Positions 38,582 through 47,966 of a DNA stretch of 64,000 nucleotides are shown here, one piece after another. The notes under the pieces are model-generated. The model saw nothing but the letters and a program-made list of their open reading frames with translations, searched no databases and was not told the origin of the DNA. The first letter of the stretch is position 1; each line of letters opens with the position of its first letter. Source of the stretch: Bacillus subtilis subsp. subtilis str. 168 (GTDB taxonomy: Bacteria; Bacillota; Bacilli; Bacillales; Bacillaceae). The stretch spans positions 2,170,001-2,234,000 of the forward strand of contig NC_000964.3 in NCBI RefSeq assembly GCF_000009045.1, read 5' to 3'. Both the position numbers and the translations under genes were made by a program.

Positions 38582-38690
38582 AATGCATTACAAAAGGGAA
38601 GTAAAGATTTTTTTAACGACAAATAGCACATTCTACGCAATTTTTTTGCGAATGTGCTGCTTTGTAATGCATTTCATTTAATTAGGGTGT
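38582..38690 (-). ncRNA. aimX: aimX transcript region (AimR-activated), long stem-loop
   Basis: Directly downstream of the AimR operator; nested inverted repeats AATGCATTACAAA/TTTGTAATGCATT and AGCACATTC/GAATGTGCT; ends approximate. Confidence 0.6.
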
Positions 38691-38705
38691 ATGTATTTGA
38701 AGTTG

Positions 38706-38742
38706 ATCACTAGATGTTATTAAAACCTAATATTTAAGTGAT
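38706..38742. promoter_or_regulatory. AimR operator
   Basis: ATCACT-N25-AGTGAT inverted repeat, the known SPbeta AimR site geometry. Confidence 0.9.
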
Positions 38743-38758
38743 GGCCTTAAAACTACAA

Positions 38759-38790
38759 AAGACGCTTAGCTCAAAAGAGCCAAACGTCTT
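38759..38790 (-). terminator. Terminator after aimP
   Basis: AAGACG..CTC-aaaa-GAG..CGTCTT hairpin with a U-run on the - strand. Confidence 0.6.
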
Positions 38791-38854
38791 CCTTTTCTCT
38801 GTTTAATTTAATTAAATAAATAATAATACTAATAACTTTATGTGTCAATGGATT

Positions 38855-38980
38855 TTATGCTCCACGTGGCATTCCAGCAACCTCATAATCACCTGAAGCT
38901 TGTTGGATTGAAGAATCTGCACTTATGTAAGAAGTGCCTAGTGCGCCCAAGATAACTAAAGCCATAATAAGTTTTTTCAT
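38855..38980 (-). CDS. aimP: Arbitrium peptide precursor (mature GMPRGA)
   Basis: Hand-translated 41 aa MKKLIMAL...EVAGMPRGA; AAGGAGGTGA RBS; missed by the track. Confidence 0.97.
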   Translation of the reverse strand: MKKLIMALVILGALGTSYISADSSIQQASGDYEVAGMPRGA

Positions 38981-38993
38981 TGTCTCACCTCCT

Positions 38994-40154
38994 TTAAAGT
39001 AAAAGTAATTCTAAAAGTTTTTGATTTTCACCCATCTTTTGCAGTTCTAACAGTGGCAGCCTAATAAGGAATTTGTCATTAGACTTTTTAAAATACTCGA
39101 TTGAAGAATAGAAACATGCTTTATTTTGTTCGAGTCTTCCTTTCAAATAATAATGCATTGCAAGCTCATTATCGTTGTGAACTAAAAGATCTAGTTTATC
39201 CAAAACTTCTTTTGCTTTGGAATTTTCATTAAAGTTGATAAAACAATGAGCTTGCTCCTGCAAATCCATAATTGAATCAGATTCAAAATTAATCCACTTA
39301 TTTTCTTTGCGCCATACATTATTTAAGAAGCACAAAGCCTGCTGGAAAATCATGTTGTAATTTTCATTTTGAACAGAAATGCTTAGCCCTTTTAAAAAGT
39401 TTTCTTGAGCCAATTCATAATTCGAAAATAATAGAGAGTTGCCAATAGTTAAGTAGCTGAAAACCTGAAATCTCAGGATATTTGTACTTTCCAATGCCTT
39501 TTTAGAGTACTCTCTGCACTCCTCTAATGAATTTTCATTTAACTTTATATTAGACATTAGAACATGAACTCTTGTTTGATATGTATTTCTAATGTACATG
39601 TTCTCAGAAATCTCACTTAGGTCAATTTGTTTTATAAGTTGGGCCATCGGAGAAAAGTTACCAGTGCTTAAATAATGATAAAGCAGCAAGAGTCTTGAGA
39701 AAGAATTCATTTCAGGTGTTTTTATATTTAATTTGCCGAGTCTTTTCACTGCCTCAAATTCAGTAATAACACTGTTAGACAGTTCTCTATGTATTTTATA
39801 CACTTTTCCATATTCTTTACTTTTCATATTGCTGCAAGAAATCATTGAATCTATTAAAACATCTTCTATTTCAAAAAACATATTTGCATCAGCATACTCC
39901 AATGCACTTCTTGCTGCCTTTGTCTTAACATCTAGGTTTAAACAGTAATCTTTCATTAATTCATATTCACGGTCTGGATACTGACTCTTAACAATGTTGA
40001 CTATTGAAGAAAATTCATTAAATGTTTTCCCATCATGGTTTAAGAAGTCATAAAGAGGATTGGGGTTTTTAAGGCCAGCTACTGTTGCCCATTTATTCAT
40101 TAAAGAGTTGTCATTTTCCAAGTCTTTCTTCATAGCTATCCTTATTAACTCCAT
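38994..40154 (-). CDS. aimR: Arbitrium receptor/transcription factor (RRNPP, TPR)
   Basis: 386-aa helical protein directly upstream of aimP. Confidence 0.95.
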   Translation of the reverse strand: MELIRIAMKKDLENDNSLMNKWATVAGLKNPNPLYDFLNHDGKTFNEFSSIVNIVKSQYPDREYELMKDYCLNLDVKTKAARSALEYADANMFFEIEDVLIDSMISCSNMKSKEYGKVYKIHRELSNSVITEFEAVKRLGKLNIKTPEMNSFSRLLLLYHYLSTGNFSPMAQLIKQIDLSEISENMYIRNTYQTRVHVLMSNIKLNENSLEECREYSKKALESTNILRFQVFSYLTIGNSLLFSNYELAQENFLKGLSISVQNENYNMIFQQALCFLNNVWRKENKWINFESDSIMDLQEQAHCFINFNENSKAKEVLDKLDLLVHNDNELAMHYYLKGRLEQNKACFYSSIEYFKKSNDKFLIRLPLLELQKMGENQKLLELLLL

Positions 40155-40197
40155 TATTTCCCCTCATTTCTTTTTGTTGTCTTTATTGGTTAACTTA

Positions 40198-40257
40198 ATA
40201 ATACTATAGATCACATTACGAGTCAATTATTTTATACATATTTTTTGTATTTGTAAT
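40198..40257 (-). promoter_or_regulatory. SPBRE followed by the aimR SigA promoter
   Basis: ATTACA-AATACAAAAAATATGTA-TAAAAT, then 2 nt, then TTGACT-N17-TATTAT. Confidence 0.78.
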
Positions 40258-40262
40258 CTCTT

Positions 40263-40278
40263 TAAAATTCCAATTTTA
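40263..40278. repeat. TAAAA-N6-TTTTA boundary site
   Basis: TAAAAttccaaTTTTA, between the yopJ terminator and the aimR promoter. Confidence 0.75.
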
Positions 40279-40281
40279 ACT

Positions 40282-40314
40282 AGACACAATGAGGACTAAA
40301 CCTCATTGTGTTCT
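40282..40314 (-). terminator. Terminator after yopJ
   Basis: ACACAATGAGG-actaaa-CCTCATTGTGT. Confidence 0.6.
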
Positions 40315-40330
40315 TCTAAAGCAAAAGGTC

Positions 40331-40747
40331 CTACTTAAGGCTATAATACACCTCTTCCGCAATATCCTTTGCAAACCTAGCGAAAATTTCTCTATCAAAA
40401 CTTCTTAAGCATTTAGCTAAGGACAGGATATTCTGCACATGGTCAAGTGTATTAGTCAAATCTAATGCCGTTACCAAAGAAAGCAACATGTCTTTGTAGT
40501 TCATATCTCCGGCAACGCCTTTATAAACCACATGTTGCCGTTCATCGAAAACTGGGGCATTCTCAGATAGGTGTATATCAAATTTCGCAGCGATATCCTC
40601 CCGCTCTATAGATATCAACTCTTTAATTAACTCTACTAATTGCTGTTCACTCAAATTAGAATAACTTGCTCTCAATAAATTAAAGGAATCAACACCTATT
40701 TCACCATGGAGGTCTTCCCATCTAAAATATAAAAATGTGTTTTTCAT
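40331..40747 (-). CDS. yopJ: Hypothetical protein (138 aa)
   Basis: ORF track; gene order. Confidence 0.82.
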   Translation of the reverse strand: MKNTFLYFRWEDLHGEIGVDSFNLLRASYSNLSEQQLVELIKELISIEREDIAAKFDIHLSENAPVFDERQHVVYKGVAGDMNYKDMLLSLVTALDLTNTLDHVQNILSLAKCLRSFDREIFARFAKDIAEEVYYSLK

Positions 40748-40748
40748 T

Positions 40749-41282
40749 TTAAAACTCCCCTAAGAATACTTTGTACATTTTCCCGTTATGATCTTTTGCC
40801 TCAAGATAAACCCTATTGCATTTTTTCACTTGTTTAGTTTCCTTTTCGTTTAAAAATTTTATTATATTAATAGCGATGATTTGCTTAGAAGGCAAATTAA
40901 TATTAAATAACTTATCCCTGTAATAGCCAAACTCAGCAAACTCTTCAGTTGTTGCTTTATCATCAGGGGTAACAGAAACAATTAAATTTGTGTTTTTGTA
41001 AAAGCAAAATTTAATTTCCCGTAGAACCTTGGGGATCTCAGCGCCATTGTATATTTCAATCTGGGAGTGTATTTCTATTTGCTTTGCTTCATCTTTAGAT
41101 GGCATAACATTAGTTCCCCAACCATCATTATCGGTTTTAAAATATATTTCAAAGTCAACTATATAAAATTTAATTTGCCCAAAGTGCTTTAATATGTGAG
41201 TAAGAATTAAAGTGACTATAACTCCCAATAAAGCCCCAATGATACCTTCAAAATTAGAAATTATTTCTCCTATATTATTCAA
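40749..41282 (-). CDS. yopI: N-terminally membrane-anchored protein (177 aa)
   Basis: TM segment GIIGALLGVIVTLIL. Confidence 0.82.
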   Translation of the reverse strand: MNNIGEIISNFEGIIGALLGVIVTLILTHILKHFGQIKFYIVDFEIYFKTDNDGWGTNVMPSKDEAKQIEIHSQIEIYNGAEIPKVLREIKFCFYKNTNLIVSVTPDDKATTEEFAEFGYYRDKLFNINLPSKQIIAINIIKFLNEKETKQVKKCNRVYLEAKDHNGKMYKVFLGEF

Positions 41283-41308
41283 ATTTGAATATTTCCTTTC
41301 TGTATGTC

Positions 41309-41845
41309 TTATAAGATGTGATCTATTGACTCATGTAATAAATGCTTGTTTTTTGTTAAATATCCCCTCGCCCAAGGCTGTATGTTGTATGCAAAATAAG
41401 AACCACGATTACTAATATTAGAACTTCTATAAATAATCTTTAAATGTTCTAATTCCTGAGCTGTCCCATCAGTTATACTTAATTCCACAGACCGAACATC
41501 GTCAAAGATGTAGGGGCTTAATATTTGTTTTTCCCTCCTATTAAGATTTCGGAGTCTTTCTTTTTGCAGTTTATAACTGTATTTTTGGTCAATTTTATTT
41601 TTTATCCCCAAACTTATCCACCAAATAAAGTGAGATAAAATGAAACTGGTTGATGCTAAGAAAACAAGCCCTAGGTAAAGTTTATAGCTATTTATAGCAT
41701 CTTTTATACCAAGTGTTTTTCCTAATCCAACATTCCCTAACCAAAGCCCAATTCCAGAAAAAACTGCTAGTCCCAATAAATATTTAGGGCTCAGCTTAAT
41801 AATGTCACCTACCCATGAAGGACTTTTTTCATTTTGGTCACTCAT
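41309..41845 (-). CDS. yopH: Superinfection exclusion B (SieB)-like membrane protein
   Basis: Two TM segments, then [12 protein letters not shown]...IIYR...[11 protein letters not shown], typical of the SieB family. Confidence 0.72.
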
Positions 41846-41883
41846 ATAATCAACCACCTCATATTTATAGAATAGTGAAGATG

Positions 41884-42015
41884 TTATAGCCGCTTCCATT
41901 CAACATACTCGAACCGCTTCTGATACAAGTCTTCAAGTATAGCAGCCCATTCAATCCAACCTTCTGCAACAATGTTTTTCTTTTCTCCATTCTCAATCCA
42001 CTCTATCCAATACAC
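41884..42015 (-). CDS. yopG: Trp-rich small protein (43 aa, GTG start)
   Basis: Hand-translated MYWIEWIE...WKRL; AGGAG RBS. Confidence 0.75.
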
Positions 42016-42025
42016 CTGAACACTC

Positions 42026-42241
42026 CTAACGCTTTACGACTTGAATTTCCCTTACCTCACATTGCACATTACACTTCGTTTTAAGCTCACTTGCTACCTC
42101 GATGACTTCTAACATATTATGTATTTTAGAAGCTTCATGGAGGTCGCTAGATGTCAAATAACCACTCTCATCTAATTTAAATGCTTTAAAGTATTCCTTG
42201 TTTTCAAACTGCAGTACATAAAAATAATCAATCAAAGGCAT
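42026..42241 (-). CDS. yopF: Hypothetical protein (71 aa)
   Basis: ORF track; gene order. Confidence 0.78.
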   Translation of the reverse strand: MPLIDYFYVLQFENKEYFKAFKLDESGYLTSSDLHEASKIHNMLEVIEVASELKTKCNVQCEVREIQVVKR

Positions 42242-42244
42242 AAA

Positions 42245-42496
42245 TCAACCTCTTTTAAATAATTTTGTAATCCTCATTGCCAATGGCAGTAAACCAATTA
42301 ACATAAAAAAAGCAATCACATTAAGCTTATTTTTGAAAAACAGGCTGGCCAAATTCCTTTCCATGCCCGCTGCTGTTTCTTTATCCATGAGTTCTTTAAA
42401 CTCTTCATCATAGACCTGATCAACAAAAATAAACTTAATGCCAGTCAATAATCCAACTCCAAGCCAAATAATTAAAAAATAAGCTAATCCAATCAT
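42245..42496 (-). CDS. yopE: Two-TM membrane protein (83 aa)
   Basis: Hydrophobic segments; GGGAGG RBS. Confidence 0.8.
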   Translation of the reverse strand: MIGLAYFLIIWLGVGLLTGIKFIFVDQVYDEEFKELMDKETAAGMERNLASLFFKNKLNVIAFFMLIGLLPLAMRITKLFKRG

Positions 42497-42566
42497 TTGT
42501 TCCCTCCCTATATCGAACGAAATTTGGTATTCTTGAGTATGTTGAATAAATTATGTAGGTGATCTT

Positions 42567-42746
42567 GTGGAAGAGAAATACGAAACAAACGGATATGACA
42601 CTTCAATCGTATATGATTACAAAGAATATCCTGATGTAAAATACGGCCGCTGCGACAATTGTGATTACACTTTGTTTAAAAGCTCTGTGAAGAGTGGAAT
42701 ATTTTTACGTGAATGCAGAAGGTGTGGCATGAAAAAGAGCATTTAG
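42567..42746 (+). CDS. yoyH: Zn-ribbon protein (59 aa, GTG start)
   Basis: Hand-translated, CDNC...CRRC; AGGTGA RBS; followed by a terminator. Confidence 0.72.
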   Translation: MEEKYETNGYDTSIVYDYKEYPDVKYGRCDNCDYTLFKSSVKSGIFLRECRRCGMKKSI

Positions 42747-42761
42747 TGTAATGCTCTTTTT
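42732..42761. terminator. Terminator after yoyH
   Basis: AAAAAGAGC ... GCTCTTTTT. Confidence 0.65.
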
Positions 42762-42764
42762 GTT

Positions 42765-42780
42765 TAAAACACTTCTTTTA
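42765..42780. repeat. TAAAA-N6-TTTTA boundary site
   Basis: TAAAAcacttcTTTTA. Confidence 0.75.
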
Positions 42781-42847
42781 TCTTGATTCTTTATGCTCTC
42801 GGATTAAGACGCGTAATCGTGTTAAGGTTAGCATAAGGAGTGATACC

Positions 42848-43078
42848 TTGCTAAAAGTTGCAAAAATTTCGGTTTCTTGCATTGTATTAGTCTTGTGCAT
42901 ATACTCATTGTTCAATCAAAATGAATTATTGTTGATTGTTGTGCAATTATTTGTTGCCGCCCTTTTATCATTAGTCGGAGTTGAAGCGATATTAAGCAAA
43001 CAAAAACTGTCCGAATATTTACTGTTTGGATCAGCAGCCTTCTTACTTGTTGTAAACGGTGTGAAATTCATAATTTAA
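42848..43078 (+). CDS. yoyI: Small membrane protein (76 aa)
   Basis: Three hydrophobic segments; AAGGAGTGA RBS. Confidence 0.75.
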   Translation: MLKVAKISVSCIVLVLCIYSLFNQNELLLIVVQLFVAALLSLVGVEAILSKQKLSEYLLFGSAAFLLVVNGVKFII

Positions 43079-43082
43079 TATG

Positions 43083-43478
43083 TTAATTTCGTAGGAATAT
43101 CGAATCCCAAAACCAATAAATAAACGCAGCTACAATACTCATAATGTAATACTCAAAGCTTCTGAACATGGTAAGAGCATTTGGCGGATAATCAACAAAC
43201 CAGAACAAAAACACAGCTGAAAAGGCCACTGCAATATAAATTAAAAAATTGATCAAACTGAATTTTCTGCGCCTTCTTCTTAGCCACACTTGCAAAGGGG
43301 CAGCAAACACCAAGTAAGTGATTAAAGCGTAAAATGCAATGATGGCAATTGTGACTAATGCTATTGCCATAAATCCAGAGTAAACAAACAGATACAGACC
43401 AAAAATTAGACCAAATGACAAACTTGAAAACGCCAGAGTATAAACATAACTGTTTAACGCTTTTTGATTGAGGCTCAA
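43083..43478 (-). CDS. yopD: Multi-pass membrane protein (131 aa)
   Basis: Four hydrophobic segments; GGAGGTG RBS. Confidence 0.82.
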   Translation of the reverse strand: MSLNQKALNSYVYTLAFSSLSFGLIFGLYLFVYSGFMAIALVTIAIIAFYALITYLVFAAPLQVWLRRRRRKFSLINFLIYIAVAFSAVFLFWFVDYPPNALTMFRSFEYYIMSIVAAFIYWFWDSIFLRN

Positions 43479-43535
43479 ATCAGCACCTCCGCTTGTTTCA
43501 CATTTCCCTTTAAAATCGTAGTTTTTAGATTTCAG

Positions 43536-44864
43536 TTACAGTTGGTCTTTAACAACTGATCTATATCTAATTAAAAAGGCCTCTAGTCTCCCCAACTCTG
43601 TTTTATGGTAATCATGATGAGTCCCTTCGGTTTCTGGAAATAATGGATTTTTGATAGGAAGCGATTCTGGTGAGTCCTTATGACTTTGGAACGTTTCCCA
43701 AGCTACGGGGTCAGATATTTGGAATGTCTCGCCCAATAACGAACAATGTCCACTGTCTTTTCTTTGCCTAACAGGAATAGCATAATTCTTATATAGCTTG
43801 TAATTTTCAATTGTTTGTCTGTTAATCTTAGAAGACAAATAACAGATTCCCCAGTATTCCGAAGACTCTGTCTGTTTAACCCATTCAAGCAAAAATTGAG
43901 GAATGATATATTCTGGTTTAAAAATGTCTTTTTGTTTTTTTACTCTAATTAGGCATGCAGATATTAAAATCCATGTCATAAAGTATGCATTAAATTTATA
44001 TATTTTTCTTCTAAATGTTATTTCAAAAAATTTCTTTAGATTATCTGCCAGTTCCGTAGGTGAAACACTTAAATCCAGAATTTTTATATCTTCATCCTCA
44101 AGGTGAAAAACCGAAGTGTAGGTAGTATTTAAGTCAGGCCTTCCTAGTTCTTCCCAACAAACAAGTGATGAACTTCCAAGGTAAAGACATGGAAATCCTG
44201 GTATACTAAAACGATTTGTGCGTATTATTCCTCTCTTCTCAAATGGTATATGAAACATATCATCTTTAGAAAAAACCTCTGTGTTACTGGTTCTCATTCT
44301 AAAGAATTTACAAGGAATACGAATACTATCAATGTTATATAAGAGCAGCTCTTCAATGTTAACCTCTTCAGAAAAGATATTCATTCCTTTATCAAATTCA
44401 GCATATGCTAAATGCACATAACCATCTAAGTAAAGTTCAATTGTTTTAGTAATTTGTTGCGCAAAAGATTCTATCTTTGTGATTTTTGATGAATCGAATG
44501 ATTTTCTATTTGGTAGCTTATGCAATTCTTCTATATATTCTGTATAAACATTCTCCATAAAAGCATCTAAATCATCCCCACCCGTTCTTTCTATTGGAAT
44601 ATCGCATTTATCAATAATAAAACTTAATATTGGATCTATTTCAATAGTCCATTCAATTAAAATGTCTAACCTTTCTTTATTTGAAAAGGTGCTGGTGTTA
44701 ATTTTTTCCTCCCCAATAACATCATTGGTGTTTTTGTCTATAAATTCAGGTTTTACTGTTAACTCTTTAAAAATATCAAATGCAAGCTCTTTCAAAGAAT
44801 CATTAATTTCCTCATGTTTCGATAATTCTTTTTTTAGCCTTTTAGCTTTTCTATACAAATCCAT
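43536..44864 (-). CDS. yopC: RES-domain protein (predicted NAD+-consuming toxin)
   Basis: NRFSIPGFPCLYLG..CWEE, EYIIPQFLLEWV, GICYLSS RES motifs. Confidence 0.82.
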   Translation of the reverse strand: MDLYRKAKRLKKELSKHEEINDSLKELAFDIFKELTVKPEFIDKNTNDVIGEEKINTSTFSNKERLDILIEWTIEIDPILSFIIDKCDIPIERTGGDDLDAFMENVYTEYIEELHKLPNRKSFDSSKITKIESFAQQITKTIELYLDGYVHLAYAEFDKGMNIFSEEVNIEELLLYNIDSIRIPCKFFRMRTSNTEVFSKDDMFHIPFEKRGIIRTNRFSIPGFPCLYLGSSSLVCWEELGRPDLNTTYTSVFHLEDEDIKILDLSVSPTELADNLKKFFEITFRRKIYKFNAYFMTWILISACLIRVKKQKDIFKPEYIIPQFLLEWVKQTESSEYWGICYLSSKINRQTIENYKLYKNYAIPVRQRKDSGHCSLLGETFQISDPVAWETFQSHKDSPESLPIKNPLFPETEGTHHDYHKTELGRLEAFLIRYRSVVKDQL

Positions 44865-44971
44865 TTATGTTCTCCTTATTAATTTTTCACCTTTTCCATA
44901 TAAGTACGATTTTATGTAGACCTGGAAAACTTGTAATTCCTTCCTATGCTTGTAACTTTAGTATACCATTT

Positions 44972-45199
44972 TCATCCTGAGTGATCGATATGGTTATGGC
45001 TTTTTTCGAATATCAGCAATTCCTGCAGCTCGATGTTTAGGTATGTACAGACTTTATCTAACAGATCTCTTGGATACCGCTCCATTTCGTCATTATAAAG
45101 CTTTCTGACAGTTGGATACTCATGATCAATATCTCTAGATAGCTTCCGGATACTGATCTTTCTTTCGTCTATTATGGACTTTAAATTTGATCTAATCAT
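44972..45199 (-). CDS. yopB: XRE-family HTH regulator
   Basis: [21 protein letters not shown]...[13 protein letters not shown]. Confidence 0.88.
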
Positions 45200-45459
45200 A
45201 ATTCCACTCTTTTCATTTGTCTTTTATTGATACCTTATAGTAATCAACTGATACATAAAAAAGACCAAGATAAGACTTGGTCAATAATGCATAAATCTAA
45301 GTTCGTTTTATCGTTCTTATTCGTGATCTAAATCGAAAACCGTTTAAACCTTTTTAACTTCTTACAACATAGATACTTAGTCAAAAGCAAATGTTTTTTG
45401 TATGGCAACTCTGAGAAATTTTTATCGCCAACTGACTGTAAATCCTTATAAAGACATTT

Positions 45460-46785
45460 TTAATTGTCTCTTGTTTTCCAAGGGACAAATTCATATACTC
45501 CTTCTATTATAGGTACCTTTAAACGGTTTACATAACTTCCTTCATATCCCAATATTCCAAGTGTTAGTAATTCAAGATACCAAACACCAAGATAAAGTAC
45601 ATGGAGCTTATCTATCGGATTGTCAAAATCAAGTTCCCTTGTAGGATGGACTATCTTATTCCTAAATACAGTAAAAAGGTGTGGGCCATCGTCATAATTA
45701 TCCTTAATGTCAATAAAGAGTTTTGGTATTGATAAGTCAATTGAAAATCTAGATAATATTTCTCTAAATTTCTCTGCTGCATTCATATACTTATATTTCG
45801 ATTTACTAATATTGGATTTTCTGTCTACAATAAGATACACCCACGCCAAAGTTTCCAATGCAACCTGAACAGATACCACCTTGTTTTCTACTATACTTGA
45901 TGAATGTGCTTGGGAGTACCAACTCAACACTTCCCATAAAACTTTATTCCAAAAAGGATCTTCTTGCTTCTCAATCACCTTTGGAAATAAATGTTCTAAG
46001 GATGGAGATTTTTGTTTTGGAAACCAAGTAATATTATTAGTCCAGCCATCTATTAATGGAACTTGGTATTTACTCCATATTACCTCCTCGTTGTGGTATC
46101 CTTCCAATGTAGGGATAGCAACATGTCTACCTGCTGAAAAGGATAATAACCAATAAAGCCCTGAAATAAGTGGTTCTACTTCTTTAGTATCAAATAATTT
46201 ATCATCCACTCTTTTTAAATATCCCACATGTGTTATTAAGTATCCACCCGAATTTTTTAATCTATCAAAGATTTTTTTGTTTGAATAGTCATATCGCTTA
46301 TCCAAAATTATTTCCCAATCTTTATATTTTAATTTTGTTCTCCCTGAAAATTTAAACCTTCCATGCACAATCCTTCTACCTAAATCATTCACGAAGTTAA
46401 CCACCGTGAATTCCATTCTATTCACTTTAGTTTCAGCTGAGGTTAAAATAGATCGTTTTAGTATCCCTGATACTTTGTTCCCTTTACTTCCGTCTGTTAT
46501 ACCTGAAATAAGAACTTCAGATTTCATAAATCCAGGTACATTAATCATCATATTATTACTTTTCATTGCCTTTTCAAATTCGAAAAGCTTGCTAAGATTG
46601 CCTGAAATGGCTCCTTCAAATATTAGTCTAGCTTTTGGTAAAAATGCAATTTTAACTTCTCCCAAGATTTCAAAAAAATCATCAGCAACTTCAATTGTAA
46701 AGTGGCCGGTATAGATTTTAATCGGTTCATTAATATCGTACTCTAAAAAGGAGGATTCAAGAGCTATATTTTCCAAATTTATCAC
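45460..46785 (-). CDS. yopA: HEPN-domain protein, ApeA-like
   Basis: C-terminal RNKIVH (Rx4H) motif preceded by VALETL; beta-rich N-terminus. Confidence 0.75.
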   Translation of the reverse strand: MINLENIALESSFLEYDINEPIKIYTGHFTIEVADDFFEILGEVKIAFLPKARLIFEGAISGNLSKLFEFEKAMKSNNMMINVPGFMKSEVLISGITDGSKGNKVSGILKRSILTSAETKVNRMEFTVVNFVNDLGRRIVHGRFKFSGRTKLKYKDWEIILDKRYDYSNKKIFDRLKNSGGYLITHVGYLKRVDDKLFDTKEVEPLISGLYWLLSFSAGRHVAIPTLEGYHNEEVIWSKYQVPLIDGWTNNITWFPKQKSPSLEHLFPKVIEKQEDPFWNKVLWEVLSWYSQAHSSSIVENKVVSVQVALETLAWVYLIVDRKSNISKSKYKYMNAAEKFREILSRFSIDLSIPKLFIDIKDNYDDGPHLFTVFRNKIVHPTRELDFDNPIDKLHVLYLGVWYLELLTLGILGYEGSYVNRLKVPIIEGVYEFVPWKTRDN

Positions 46786-46804
46786 CTAATTATTTTCTCA
46801 AATT

Positions 46805-46960
46805 TTAAAGTCTATTATTTAAGTTCTTCATTACTTTTGCAATTCCTTCACTAAGGAGGTCATTCCCCATAGAGTTCCAAACCTGCTTCTTTTCTTTTAA
46901 TTCTCTGTCCCTAATTCTATGCGATTATTTAATGAACCTGTCTTCTTGAAGATCAATCAT
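46805..46960 (-). pseudogene. Small ORF (about 51 codons) interrupted by an in-frame TAA
   Basis: GGAG RBS, ATG at 46960, TAA at codon 12, frame stays open to 46805. Confidence 0.4.
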
Positions 46961-47009
46961 GACCATCTCCAATTTTGTTCTGTACAGCTTTCACTATCCA
47001 TATTCTATT

Positions 47010-47025
47010 TAAAATATGCATTTTA
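47010..47025. repeat. TAAAA-N6-TTTTA boundary site
   Basis: TAAAAtatgcaTTTTA. Confidence 0.75.
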
Positions 47026-47132
47026 TTTTGATATATATCTGAAGCTAAACATTCTTTATTCAAGAAAAGAATCGCTGCTTTGAACTATTGTGACTCATTT
47101 AAAACGGTATAATCACTTGTTAAAGCTAATTC

Positions 47133-47639
47133 CTATCCTTCCCAGGTAATAATATAATTGAGTGGTTCTAACCCCTTTTCTAAACAAAGAACCGTGTACT
47201 CAAATTCTAAATCAAGGATTTCTCCTTCCCATGCCTCATCGAAATTCCCTGACCCTCTTTCTTTTCGATCAATGAAATAGTCCCTCTTCATCTCAATGAT
47301 TTGTTTTTCAAGATCTTCAAATCCCGTAGAATAATCTTGATCAGTATTATGAATTTCTTCATCAATTTTATCGAGTGCAGCGTAAACTTCTTCGTCAGAC
47401 ATGCAATCAACTTGTGAATGCGTGTATCCCAGATTAAGCAGGTCATTTCGGCAGTTATTTGAAATGCTTCCTTGTAATCTATTTGTAAGACTAGACTCAA
47501 ATTTTTCAAGCTGTGATTCCAGCTCAATACGATTGGATTTAAGAGCATCAAGATTAGTATCTAACTCACAGTATTGTGTATTAATTTCATTTTCCAATTC
47601 ATCAAGTCTAGACTCCAGATTAAAAAGTTGCGCATTCAT
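47133..47639 (-). CDS. yonX: Acidic coiled-coil protein (168 aa)
   Basis: GGAGG RBS; heptad-rich N-terminus. Confidence 0.85.
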   Translation of the reverse strand: MNAQLFNLESRLDELENEINTQYCELDTNLDALKSNRIELESQLEKFESSLTNRLQGSISNNCRNDLLNLGYTHSQVDCMSDEEVYAALDKIDEEIHNTDQDYSTGFEDLEKQIIEMKRDYFIDRKERGSGNFDEAWEGEILDLEFEYTVLCLEKGLEPLNYIITWEG

Positions 47640-47654
47640 TTTAACTACCTCCTG

Positions 47655-47747
47655 TTTTTATACATATTATTTGTATTTGTTATTTATATTATAACTTGAT
47701 AATCTATAATAATCAATAATTAAATACATATTTTTTGTATTTGATAT
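47655..47747 (-). promoter_or_regulatory. Two SPBRE copies flanking the yonX SigA promoter
   Basis: SPBRE 47719-47747, then TTGATT-N17-TATAAT (47688-47716), then SPBRE 47655-47683. Confidence 0.78.
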
Positions 47748-47966
47748 AGCGTTAATATTAATTGCTCATGAGGGGGTTTGGGGGTGGTGTGAGCAAAAAT
47801 TGTTCAGGTGAGGAACGAACCGTTTTGAACAATTAGCAGCACCCCCATTCTCTTATTTTATTATTTAATTTATTTACTTCTTTTCTTCTACGAGAGACCC
47901 CTATAAAACCCTTATGTACCAAGGGTTTCAAAAACGATTTATTGCTTTTTTTTTCATACGCTATTC

